Origin: Eledone cirrhosa
Lineage: Eukaryota
DNA: 64,000 nt
Direction: 5' to 3'
Assembly (NCBI GenBank): GCA_964016885.1
Contig: OZ024740.1
Coordinates: 92,380,001 to 92,444,000 of the forward strand
Shown: positions 51,701-64,000 of the stretch, one piece after another
How positions within the stretch are numbered: position 1 is the first letter of the stretch
Layout: the number at the start of each line of letters is the position of its first letter
Notes under the pieces: generated by a model
Seen by the model: the letters and a program-made list of their open reading frames with translations, nothing else
What the model was told of the DNA's origin: nothing
Database searches by the model: none
Program-made: the position numbers and the translations under genes

Positions 51701-54310
51701 ATCGTATATAGATAGGATATTCATTAGGAAAATAGACAGAAATAGTTAAGCTGTTCACGTTTTAAAACGGTCGCCTATTCAGATCACAAGATTGTGATCT
51801 GTATGGTCGACCTAAATAAGATGTGTAAGTTAGGACCTGGTACAGGAAGGTAATCATGTCATTTCCGGCACGGAGGTCTTACAGGGACCAGGTCCACAAT
51901 TTAGTTAAGACAATTTGATTGGGGTAGTCATCAACAATAGATGGTTTGGGGCTCTCAAAATAGAGATTAGAGTAATGTCGATAGAGTTTAGCGTAGACGT
52001 AGCGCTAGAGAAAAATAGAAAGTAGGGTGAGTTGGTAGATAAGTTAGACGAGGCTATTAGTAGTGGGATTTCAACTGACGTGCTAGCGGCGAGAATGGCT
52101 TTACACCATTTCTTCAATGTAAAACATGAAGGTTGTATTGTCAGAGCTATGGTGCGTGCTCTGAGAAATGAGGGAACCAAAGCTTCTCGATAGGCCCGCG
52201 TGGCAGAGGCGCAGCCTGGTAATAAAACCACGATTCGGTCTTTGACGGACCGAGACGGACACGAGCAGCTGAGCGATTCCAAGCGGATATGTGAGCTATT
52301 TCGCCAACATTTTGCTCAGTTATTCGGGGGGAATTGGCGGGTCAAAGACGGTGGCGGACTTCATTCCCTACCTCGATGGATTGCCGCAACTCTCGACGGC
52401 TGACGCTGGGCGCTGCGAAATGCCAATAGATTCAGCCGAGATTCAAGATGTCCTTGTCGGCGGGATAAGGCGCAAGTTACCCGGTTTGCCCTACGAGCTT
52501 TACGTAAATATGCCACACTTGTTCTCCAATCTCCTCGAAGCCCTATACTGCAACTGTCAGCCAAACGGGAGTATTCCCAGTTCTGTAAGCTGTGGCGTAG
52601 TGACGCTGATAAGGAAAGATGAGAAGAGGGACATATTAGACAATTTCACGCCCATAACTCTGCTCAACACAGAGTTTAAGATTTTGGCCAGGGTGATAAA
52701 AAAGAGGTTGGCGCTTGTCGTCGTGGATTTGGTCGGGGAGGCGCAAACTTGTGCAATCCCAACCAGGTCCATTCACGACAACCTCAACCTAATGCGATAC
52801 ATCTTAGAGAGGGTAGGGTCTAAACCTGGCTTTGGTGGGGCTCTGATCAATTTAGATCAATGGAAAGCATTCGATAGGGTCGAACATCGGTACCTGGAGG
52901 CTGTCCTCAAGTCGGCTGGCTTCGGCGCCGTCTTCAGAAGCTGTATCGCTGCGGCACCTGCTTGGTGGTCAAAATTATTGTCCACTCCTCGGAACCGTTT
53001 CAGGTCTCTTGATCGGTCCGTCAAGGGTGCCCTCTCCACTCCCTTCTGTACGTATTGACTCTCGAGCCTTTACTGCGGAAGCTGGAGCTGTTGCAGTGTA
53101 TCCCGCTCGAACCGGGACGCGGAAAGGCTGTGTCCGCTTATGCGGACGACATCACCGTGATGGTGTCGGACGCCTCAGAAATCGAGGTGGTCGGCAACTT
53201 ATTAGGGAATATGAAAGGTTGACGGGAGCAAAACTTAACCCGGAAAACTCGTTGGGCTTGCAACTCGGCACTTGGAGAAGCAAGTTCATGCTATCCAACA
53301 GCGCCGTTAGGCGCTGGAGGGACGGAGCGCTGAAGTTGCTCGGGCTTTGGTTCGGGCCAGACCTCCAGCTGGATAAGAATTGGAACGAGGTGACGGGCAG
53401 GTAGCAAGTCTCACACAGAAATGGGCTGGGAGGAAGCTATCACTGAAAGGTCGGGCGAAGGTGGCGAACGCGTACATCGCGTCCGTCATCTACTAACGTC
53501 TGACCGTCGTCCCTTTTCCCCGTTCGCACCTCGCCATCTTGGAGCAGCTCCTCTTCAAATTATTGTGGAGGGGTTAGGTTCAGCAGGTGATCCGGTGCTT
53601 CTACTGCCAGCACAATCTACCTGGAGAGCTGGGCATGCCGTGGCTAATGATGCGCAGACACGCACTGAGGCTGCGGCATCTCCAGATATTCTGCCTAAAC
53701 GGTGAAAATGTGTGGTCGCCGTTTGTCAGACGGCCCTTTCCGTAGCTTGTTTCTTTGACTGTGCTGCAGTTCTGGGTCAAGAAGAGACCGAGACTGGGTG
53801 ACTGGCATCTGGATTGTTCCCAGGCACTCACTGCCCTCTACCAGGCGGGCAATGCGGTCAGTGAAACTTCCACTCTCGAGTTCTATAGAGGATTAGTGGT
53901 GGGCAAGTACCACGACGCACTCGGAGAAGGTCTGGGAGTCGACGAAGTCGAACTAACCAGTCTGTTCTGGAGGACTTTCGAGCCGGGGATGATAGATAAT
54001 TTCGAAACATCCCTCACTTGGCAGTGCTACCGGGAGGCACTGCCGGTTAGATATAAACTCTACAGGGACGGAAGTGCTGTCAGATGGACCTGCCCGATAT
54101 GCACGCAGAGCGACGAAACCACTATGCACGCACTCGACATTACTGACTTGTGGAGTTATGTCGAACAGCTGTTGTCGCGTGTAGAACGGATCCGGCTATC
54201 AGCCGAGTCCATAGTGAAGATCGACCCGCCACCTTCTTTTGAACAGGAGTTTGAGGAGAAGAGCAGTGCCCTTCCCGGGTGCTCACGAAGCGTTGGGTGT
54301 TTCAGGATTG
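48343..54310 (+). mobile_element. Tx1/L1-clade LINE copy T3 (divergent subfamily) with tandem 5' UTR monomers and a 3' deletion
   Basis: Starts after (ATT)n at 48296-48343; ORF1 EGKRPHCFVCG; ORF2 ATG 51145 (LRVGSLNVRGL); RT motifs 52291-53400; jumps to 3' UTR-like sequence near 54250. Confidence 0.88.
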
Positions 54311-54389
54311 ATTGGGTTCTCCAATCTCCTGAAAGCGCTCTACTGAAACTGGCAACTGTTCTGCGGCTGATGCAGTCGATCTGGTGCCA

Positions 54390-55500
54390 GCTCCCTCTAA
54401 GTGCAGGGCTGGGCATGCCGTGGCTAATGATGCGCAAACATGCACTGAGGTTGCGGCATCTCCAGATATTCTTCCTCAACGCTGAACAGGTGTGGTCGCC
54501 TTTTGTCAGACGGGCCTCTCCGCAGCTCGTCTCTTTGACTAAGCTGCAGTCATTGGTCAAGAAGAGACAGAGACTGGGTGACTGGCATCTGGAATGTTTC
54601 CAGACTCTCATTGCCCTCTAACAGGCGTGCAATGCGGTCAGTGGAACTTCCACTCTCAAGTTCTATAGAGGATTAGTGGTGGGCAAGTGCGACGACGCAC
54701 TCCGAGAGGCTTTGGGCGTCAACGAAGACGAACTAACCAGTCTGTTCCGGAGGAATCCGAGCCGGGGGCGATGGATGATTTCCAAACAATCCCTCGCTCG
54801 TCTGTGTTAGTGTGGGGTACTGTCGGTTTGAGATAAAATCTACAGGCACGTAAATGCTGTCAGCCGGACCTACCCGAGATGCGCGCAGAGCGATCAAACC
54901 GTTCTACACGCACTCGTCTAGAATCCGTGCATTACTGACTTATCGAGTTATGTCGAAGGGCTACTGTCGCGTGTAGAACGGATCCGGCTATCAGCCGAGT
55001 CCATAGTGTAGATCGACCCGCCGCCTTCTTTTGACCAGGAAGGAAAGCCAACTTTCCTCTGTCTGGTGGCAGTAACGGAAGATGTTGTAGAGTGGACCAG
55101 GTTCAAAGGACTGAAGAGAGACACTTTTCTCTTCGGCCAATCCGTCATCAACTTTTTCAAGTTTCACTTGTAAAGGAAGGTGAGTGTGGAGAGAGAAGTG
55201 CTGCCCCCTAGTACATTTGCTGAAAGGTGGGTGAATGTGACGAGAATGGCCCGTATGAGTGGGCCTACTCTGATCATGCTCCTGTAGGAGGGTGCCCTAC
55301 CCGGGTGTTCTCGAAGCTTCGTATCGTTCAGGATTCGTGGGGTACCTGAGCGAACCCTGGGTGGTCATCCCCCTTAGTGGTGAATTTTCCTTGATTTATT
55401 ATTGTTATTTATATCGTTTAAACGTTGTAAATGTAAATCCCCACTGTCCCTTTCTTTTGTATTGTCCCCTATATGTCAGCCCTTGTGGCCAATAAATAAC
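54390..55500 (+). mobile_element. Tx1-like 5'-truncated copy T4 (ORF2 C-terminus and 3' UTR)
   Basis: Repeats 53620-54250 (GMPWLMMR.HALRLRHL), continues to stop CCTGTAG (55287) and 3' end CCCTTGTGGCCAATAAA. Confidence 0.82.
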
Positions 55501-55571
55501 ATTATTGTTATTATTAATATGATTAATGGTAGTAGTAGTATTATTATTATTATTATTATTATTATCATTAT

Positions 55572-55640
<69 letters not shown>

Positions 55641-55712
55641 TAGTAGTACTAGTAGTGGTAGTAGCAGTAGTAGTAGTAGAAGTAGTAGTAGTATTAGTAA
55701 TAGTAATGTAAT
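55500..55712. repeat. (ATT)n/(AGT)n microsatellite
   Basis: Direct reading. Confidence 0.95.
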
Positions 55713-57624
55713 GAACAATAATTAATTAATGTAAATTTTATCAGTTAAGGTTTTGATTAAATCAACATTTTAATGTCCATTAATATTAATTCGAAACACG
55801 TTTCGGAAAATGTATTTTTATTTCTTCATTTTGTTTTGTTATATTTCTGCCTGAACATAGTATTTGTTGAAAATTGACTAGCTACATCTATTAAATTAAC
55901 TAAACTGTCCGTCGGCAAATGTGACACTTAATATAGCTTTAGGCTAATTGTAACATATTGATGTAATTTTCAGTTTTTGTTCCTTTCATAACTATTGGTA
56001 AAAAAGGAAAAAAAATCTTTAATTCACAACAAACGCTGTTGTTTGATAAATACATTGCTAAAAAAGAAACTTTGTTTCTGTAAAGTAATGAAAATATTTC
56101 TTTCACAAACGTTGTCATTCTCGTATCAAATCAATTTGAGATCCTGAATATTTCAATATATACTTTAAGCTTTCGATCGATTTATACGTTTTTAAAAAGA
56201 CATGTTATGTTATATATTTGAGAATGTTACGTTGTTAGATATATACTAATATGATATATTGTAAATGTCTCATGGGTGTAGAATTCACTATATTAAATGT
56301 AGAATTCAGTATATTATATTCTGGTGATTAATTAAATTATTTCTCAAATATAAAAATCATAAATTAATCTGCTGTGAAACAATGGTCGCATGAAGTGTTA
56401 CGTGCTTGAATGCTTACCCACTATCAAGAATGGCATTTATTGGTAACCCTTTGGATGAATGTTTTTAAATGTTGGACGAACTTTCTCAAAATGTAAATGG
56501 AAGATTTAATTCATCGTTTAGAGTAAAGCACCTCTTAAACATAACGAGCTTCTAGTGGATTCTATTTAAGAGGAAATTATATTTTGCTTGCATGGATTAT
56601 CTTTTCATTAGTATAAAAGTAGGTATTATTTAACATATGTAAATGTTTTATGTATTAATATTTCTGATGACCACAATTAATCTACGGGATATATCAAATA
56701 TTTGAAGTATTTACCTTTTGACGATCCTTAAGTCGCATATCATATTGTACTATTGTTGACTACTCTGATGAGCTTCTTCAATGTTTGCTACCTCATTAAT
56801 GAAGTCTGTAGAGATATAGACTGCAACAGTTCAGCTTTAGTTGGCATTGAGTAGAACAGTGATAGCATGATGTTACAGGACCATAAAATGCGTGAGCCAT
56901 CTCGTGGAATTGTTTTCTTCAAAATTTAATATTTCAACTCCTGAAACTTGAACTCATATTTCAGTTCAAATCCCATGTCAGAATGGTTCCCATAAATAGG
57001 GGGGTGAATTATTTCATTTTCTATGTCTCTTTTCGAAAAAACAGAATTAGTACAACAACCTTGTGGCGGTGAACACAAGATCTATTGTATCTTTCGACAA
57101 AACCTGCTAAATTCCCACAGCCGGATCCAGGTGTAAAAAGTAACTTTTATAATATTCACATTTACTGTTAGAATATTCACATGTTTACGTAATTGTTACA
57201 AACAGTACGGCTTTAGTGAAACTGACACCAATTTAGGTAATTATAGTAATTTACTTTGATCTTTTTACTGATTGACTCGATTATCAATTGTTTAATGTTA
57301 GCTTTATTACTTTTTGTTGATAACCATAATTAATGTGTGTGACATATCAATAACTATGAGGTTTTTATTACGATAAATATTAAGTCGTTGATCAAATTGA
57401 ACTATTGGTGTTTACAGGGATGAATGTGATCAGTTTTTTCAACCTGACTGCCGAATTCTGACGGGAGATACTCTGTAATTGTTTAAGCCAGTTAGCATTG
57501 AGTAGGACAGTGATTTGCATGACCTTGAAGTACGCCACATTACGTGAATAACCTTACTCCATTTAATTAATAACCCTTAATTGATTCTAAGACTGGTTTA
57601 CTCCCTTTTACTTAGGTCATGCCG

Positions 57625-57805
57625 AGATAATCATAGCCTATTTACACCGGTCGATACTGACCACTAATATGCGAAACGGAAGGTAATGCCTTGTGCGTGT
57701 TAGTTTAATTTATTATATTCCTCGATGAACTGGTCTACAAGAACGTACTGCACGTTCTTATGTAGCCTGCGGATACATGTCGGTCAAGTAGATGTTGACT
57801 TGTTT

Positions 57806-57848
<43 letters not shown>

Positions 57849-58220
57849 TACCGATTCTCTGTAACAGCGATGCATATATGAATGTACGTATATAATATTT
57901 GATAATATACTGTATGTTTATAGAAAGTCATTTTGTAGACCATTTGCTATGAATGTTAAAGTACTTTCTACATCACATACTTAGTCTCGGTAAAAGCAAA
58001 TCCAAGAAACAGACGTAAGTACCGTTTCTCACTTGTAAGTTGTTGTAAAACCTACTTACCCATTCGCTTCTGCCGAGTGTTATAGAAGCTAGATTCTTAC
58101 AGAAATCCAGTTATGTTTACGAGCCCTTTAAAATGTTTTTTCTCTAAATAAACATACACTATATTATCAAATATACTATACGTACATTCATATATGCATC
58201 GCTGTTACAGAGATTCGGCA

Positions 58221-58283
<63 letters not shown>

Positions 58284-58467
58284 CCTAAACAAGTCAACAT
58301 CTACTTGACCGACATGTTTCCGCAGGCTACATAAGAACGTGCAGTACGTTCTTGTAGACCAGTACATCGAGGCCTATAATAAATTAAACTAACACGCACA
58401 AGGCATTACCTTCCGTTTTGCATATTAGTGGTCAGTATCGACCGGTGTAAAAAGGCTATGATTATCT
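57625..58467. mobile_element. Non-coding foldback element with ~280-300-bp inverted arms, each containing (TA)n and a hammerhead-like motif
   Basis: 57625-57908 is the reverse complement of 58160-58467; unique spacer of ~250 bp. Confidence 0.8.
58305..58376 (-). ncRNA. Hammerhead-like motif with long stem II (mirror copy on + at ~57718-57786)
   Basis: Minus strand reads GGCC-TCGATGT..long hairpin (CTACAAGAACGT..ACGTTCTTATGTAG)..GAAAC-ATGTC-GGTC; the left arm reads CTCGATGA..GATACATGTC. Confidence 0.5.
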
Positions 58468-58570
58468 AGCACGGATGTACATAAATAAACATGGTGTGGT
58501 TGACATTCTCGTTCAGTGAGAGTCTTGACTGTCGAATGACATCATCTACTCGATACACACACACACACAT

Positions 58571-58605
<35 letters not shown>

Positions 58606-59163
58606 GTTTTGCGATGTTTTTTATATGAAATCGTGTGTCGAAACAAATATTGTTATACTTGGGGAGGGTCATATTTGTGTAATATTGCCAGAATTAATAA
58701 CAGAACACACTCACTGTTTGGTTGGTTTTCGCTTCTCGCTTCTGTGTCTTTTATATCGGTAATCTAATATACTCGGTCCTCAATGTAGCCATTGACTGAC
58801 CGGCGGTCAAAAATAATACAGATACAATATAGACACAAACACATATATATAGTTTATCATAAATCTTTCGTTGCACATATGCAATTACGTCAGTGGTACT
58901 ATATTTTCCTCCTGTTGTATTGTATGTCTACGCCATTTTTATTCAGTCTGTCTATATATTTATTTATTTATTTGCTTGTTTGTTTATTTTATTTTGTCTT
59001 CTTTGCGCATGCGTTTGCGTGTGTGTATAGTATTTTGTTTGCTGTGTGATGGGTGACTAGTGTGTGTTTATTGCTTGATGTTATTGTGCTTGTGTATGTA
59101 TTTATTTATTTATTTATTTATTTATTTTATTTAATTTAGTTATTTATACTTCACTTTGGTCAC

Positions 59164-61113
59164 ATGATGACGTGGACTGACATCCTAAAGCCAAGTAGAC
59201 GCACTGCCAACAACTTCCAGGCGTCTAACAATGGCATACCACCCTTGTATGGGCTCCGCAAAGACCACAAGACAGTCGACGACCCGACAACAGGACCACC
59301 AACAAGACCCGTATGCGGATCTCCTACTTCCTCTCAATGGCTATACGCCCCATAATCAAGATGTCCCCAGATGTATGTGACAGTACAGAGGACCTCCTCA
59401 GCAGAATCAGTGAGTGCAACAAAAACAGGAACCTATCCAACTGCATAATAGGCAGCATGGATGTGCTGTCACTGTACCCATCCATTAACATTGATTTTGC
59501 CGTGAAAAGATGTGTGGAGATGATCATTGAGAGTGAGGAGGTGTTATGCGACGTCAACACAGACGAACTGGGCCACCTACTTGGATTTACCTACGGCACT
59601 GACTACCTAGACAGCCATGACCTTAGACGTTTCTGCCCTAGTAGACCTATAAGAGGTAGACCCCCCACCATAACCTCAATGGCAACAAAGACTCCCATAG
59701 GAAGGTGGATGGGTGGCCCAAAGCTATACGGACCCCCCCAAAACAATGATCAGGTAAGAAAAATGGTCGCACATGCAATAGGGGCTAGTATCACAACTAC
59801 CGTAAAGGGCCACATATTAAGTTCAACGAGAAGATCTACACCCAAAATGAGGGAGCAGCTATCGGCGTCAGCATAGCTGGTGATGTTGCCAACCTTTTCA
59901 TGGTATGGTGGGAAAGGAGACTTAAAGATCTCCTTAATGAGAGCTCCATAGACCTCATCATCTACTCTCCTTGTGTAGACGATATCAATATAGTTATGAG
60001 AACACCCCCACTAGAGAGCACTAACAAATTTGATTTAGAACGTAGCACGATGGAAAGCATCCAGCAGATAGCTAATTCCATACACCAGAGTATAACTGTA
60101 ACTATCGACATCCCTTCCAAACACCCTAACAATAGACTACCTGTATTAGACACAGAACTCTGGATTAACACTATAGACGAGAGAGTCCAAATTCTCCACT
60201 CACACTATGCTAAACCCATGGTCTCCAAATACCTGATACTCAAGAACTCAGCAATGTCCAGTAATGCCAAGTTTAATATTCTGATCGCAGATTTGGTACG
60301 AGTGATGAAGAATGTGTCCCGCATGTGCGACCCAACAGAAATGGAAAGACACATCCAACACTTCATCAACCGCATGCACTTCTCTGGCTACAACCAAAGA
60401 GACAGAATCAGAGTATACGAAGGAGCCATGGAGAAGTATAAGACAATCATAGAACTGGACATGAAAGGAATTTGCCCATTATACAGGAGCAAATCATGGA
60501 ATAGCTTAGATATGGCTAGACATAAGATAGGGAAAGCCAGCTCATGGTACAACAACCAGATATACCAGAGTGTCATGTTTGTGGACGCTACCCCTGGAGG
60601 GAAATTAGCTAACCAGTGTAGAAAGGCCATGAGAAAGACCCACTTAAGAATAAAGGTGGTAGAAAAGCGAGGAACCACCATAACATCCCTGATCAGCAAA
60701 ACCTACCCTTTTAAGAAAACACACTGAACCAATAGGAAATGTATCATATGTAAGGTGAACCCCCGGATAAACTGTAAAACTAGAAACGTAGTCTATAGCA
60801 TAATATGTACAGAGGGTAGTTGCAGAAACATGACAACAACATACATAGGTGAGACAGCTCGTAGCATAGGTGAAAGGATAGTCCAGCACTGAGGGGAACT
60901 AAAAGGACGAAAAAACGGGTCAGTACTATACGAACATGCTAGACAACAACATGACGGTAACATAGACAATATTGAAATTAGAATAATATCTAAACATAGA
61001 AATGACCCAGTAGATAGGCAAATCAGAGAGGCCAGTGAAATAGAAATTAGAAGACCAAGGCTAAACAGAAATAATGAATGGAATAGCAACAACACCCAAA
61101 CAAAGAACACTGA
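59164..61113 (+). pseudogene. P2 RT-GIY-YIG ORF, 5'-truncated and disrupted
   Basis: ORFs 59164-59355, 59313-59876 and 59900-60727, plus a stop-interrupted endonuclease region. Confidence 0.9.
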
Positions 61114-61354
61114 CTAAGAGAAGTATAAATAAGTAAATAAAATAAAATAAATAAATACATACACAAGCACAATAACAACAAGCCCAATAACAAACACTAG
61201 TCACCCATCACACAGCAAATAAAACACTATACACACACGCAAACGCGTGCGCAAAGAAGACACAATAAAATAAACAAACAAGCAAATAAATAAATAAATA
61301 TATAGACAGACTGAAAAAAATGGCGTAGACATACAATACAACAGGAGGAAAATA

Positions 61355-61400
61355 TAGTACCACTGACGATGTTGCAGATGTGCAACGAAAGATTTATGAT
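61355..61400 (+). ncRNA. Hammerhead-ribozyme motif in P2 3' pLTR (mutated mirror copy on - at ~58855-58900)
   Basis: CTGACGA (61363-61369), T, stem II GTTGCA-GATG-TGCAAC, GAAA (61387-61390), GATTTA. Confidence 0.7.
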
Positions 61401-61601
61401 AAACCATATATATGTGTTTGTGTCTATATTGTATCTATATTATTTTTCACCGCCGGTCAGTCAATGGCAACATTGAGGACCGAGTATATTATTTTACCGA
61501 TATAAAAGACACAGAAGCGAGAAGCGAGAACCAACCAAACAGTGAGTGTGTTCTGTTATTAATTCTGGCAATATTACACAAATATGATCCTCCCCAAGTA
61601 T

Positions 61602-61701
<100 letters not shown>

Positions 61702-62399
61702 ATAGAGTAGATGGTGTAATTTGACAGTCAAGACTCTCACTGAACGAGAATATCAACCACATCATCTTTATTCATCTAATTCCGTGCACTGGTAGTTATT
61801 CATAACAGGAATCAGTTAACTAGGAAAGAATACTAAAATGCCTCTCGTTGCACATTTATTTCTGGATCAGCGTACCTATCAATTAATGATTTCAATTTTA
61901 ATTTAAGCTCGCCAACATGCGCTGATATCTCACTTTAGGATATAATGTTTGATCTTAAATATAACAGAGTCATTTTGTTAACATTAGACCTCTATTCGAT
62001 CTCATAGTTCGGCACATAAACTTGAATCCTAGCTAGGTGACTGACAATGAGGTATTGTCCCTGTAGGTAGCATAGCTGAGAAAATATTGACCCTGCCGCA
62101 AATCTTTGAGCCATTTTTACCATTATTTTCAAGAAGCATATGGTTTATACGTGATACTCGAAAAGGCATACGTTATTATTTTACCCCAATTTTTGTGACA
62201 ATTTCTCCAGAGGCATGGGATCGATTGAGGCTCCTTGCTCCCTTGGTGTCTCCCTTTATATTCTCTAGAATTTTTGTTCTAAAAATAATTTAGGTTTCGG
62301 ACTACACCGAGTTTGAGTATTGTTATAATTTCTTTTCGCAATCTTCATGAATATCATTACCATGACCAGCTGGGACAAAGATGGCATCAATACCGACAG

Positions 62400-62860
62400 G
62401 TATATTATCAGTCGATTTGCTAACGCACACTGAATTTTCTCCTTAAATCGACGAAATGTGGTATATGAGGTGCACAGAATAGATTTGTTTTCGAGTGCTG
62501 CATTGCAGGTATGAATATCAGTTACGCCTATTCAGCAAATCAGCGCTTTGCGTTCTGTGAGTAATTGAAGTTACCCTGAAGGAGGTGGGGAATTTAATGT
62601 ATCTCGGCAACATTTTAATATGTAATGGTTGACGGGATGCTATATTCAATGTAAGCATTCCTGGAGCCGTGGCAGCAATGCGCCGGCTCCAGAAATTGGT
62701 CAGCAGAATAAGGGAGGTGGCTGTCAAAGGCAGACGCGTTATTGTCAAGTTGATGATCGTGACTGCCCTTACATATACTACTGAATATTGATGACTGCCC
62801 AAAAATATTTTTCACGAATAAAAGCAGCTGAAATGAGATTCCTCCGAAGTTTATTTTGAG
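62400..62860 (+). mobile_element. Old RTE-like LINE fragment
   Basis: Degenerate translation YLGNIL..AVAAMRRLQKL..LMIVTALTYTTEY resembles the post-RT region of RTE elements. Confidence 0.4.
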
Positions 62861-63794
62861 TAACTTTTTAATAGTTCGTAATACCTACATCAGGGTGTCG
62901 TTTCTTGTAGAAAGGGTATTATTGTTGATATCTCCGGTAGTATATAAATCTGGATGGAATGTCTAAGAAAATAATAACTAGATAGTTTTTGAGCGCAAGG
63001 CCAACCATCAAAAGTTCTAGGCGTATAAAATAAAATACATTATATACCCAAAATATAGCACGAATTATTTCATACGTAGAGTGAGATACAAAGTCATTAA
63101 TTTTGATAATGAGATGATAACATAGTACTGGATGAAACAAAATCGTAAATATAAATTTGGTTTAAGTTCCTTCAAGAATCCAACGCATTTGTCCGCTACT
63201 TGAAACGTTTAGATTGTTCAGTTGAATATGATCAGCAAAATAAAATTACAAAAATTGTAAACACGAGGGCAGTAAAAAAGTAATACAGTAATGAGACATA
63301 TCTGCCTAAAATGCCACTTCATCTTGGACTGTAGAATTTCTCATTCAGAAGGTGCGCTCATACCATGCATTGTTGTAGTCTAAATATTTATATTTTATGC
63401 ATGTTTCACTCATATGGGAATATATACAGACGTTCGTCCTCCGGCAACACCACACTCGATTACTGCTATTTTTCAATAGACGGACTTCTAGCAGAGCAGC
63501 CATTTTCATCTAAGTTCCTTTATTCATATATCTGAAAGAAATCACAATTAGATATAATACTACCACGTATTTTTACAAATACATATAAACAATATACTGT
63601 TATTTATAGTAGAGTATTCAAGTGACCGTTCTTATCTTCTCCAGTAAAGAAATATAAAGTACCTTGCGAAATATACACATCCAGGGACTTCCAATAATGA
63701 CTTTTGTTCTTTCTGTCACTCAATATATATCTGCAAGTGGACATGTGTATATATATAGAGAGAGAGAGAATTACCTTTTCAACTAGACGAAGCT

Positions 63795-63985
63795 GTGTTG
63801 GTGGCTTGGCAGTATCGGTAGAGGGTCGGACGCCATGCTTTCCAGCATAGTTACGTCCCTTTGCGGTCTGAGTTCAAATCCCACCGAGGTTAACTTTGCC
63901 TTTCATCCTTACGGGGTCGATAAAATAAAGTACCAGTAATGCACTGGGTAATTGATGGCCTTGTGCGAAAAGTAGAAACAGTTAT
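63795..63985 (+). mobile_element. tRNA-derived SINE with Nin/Deu-type core
   Basis: A-box-like TGGCAGTATCGG, B-box GAGTTCAAATCC, core GCCTTTCATCCTTACGGGGTCGATAAAATAAAGTACCAG. Confidence 0.87.
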
Positions 63986-64000
63986 TATTTATAGTTCCAA

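Noticed and set aside
56762-56800. CTGATGAG resembling a hammerhead core
   Set aside because: No stem II or GAAA in the expected position.
63795-63885. A/B-box sequence as a possible tRNA gene
   Set aside because: No cloverleaf; it continues into the SINE core and occurs as several dispersed copies.

Overview
AT-rich, microsatellite-dense eukaryotic DNA made up largely of transposable elements. I found no intact host gene. The tRNA-derived SINEs carry the conserved Nin/Deu-type core, which together with the repeat landscape suggests a mollusc, most likely an octopus or other cephalopod (inference). Contents: three coding Penelope-like elements (RT + GIY-YIG), two with inverted pseudo-LTRs, plus several non-coding palindromic or solo pLTR-like remnants with hammerhead-ribozyme-like motifs inside (TA)n; a Chapaev3-type DNA transposon with TAA target-site duplication (TSD); a rearranged mariner; a hAT-type MITE; and RTE LINE fragments. 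A ~28-kb block (27.8-55.5 kb) has Tx1/L1-clade LINEs (+) alternating with R4/Dong-clade LINEs (-), mostly separated by (ATT)n tracts. Most notable observations: (1) a conserved AAG|GTAAGT splice-donor-like motif 38-40 nt before the ORF2 ATG of the Tx1-like copies, with a possible acceptor at the ORF2 stop, so ORF2 may be an intron; (2) nested hammerhead-bearing palindromes; (3) a chimeric Dong element with a pseudoknotted 5' UTR. All identities and alignments were judged by eye.
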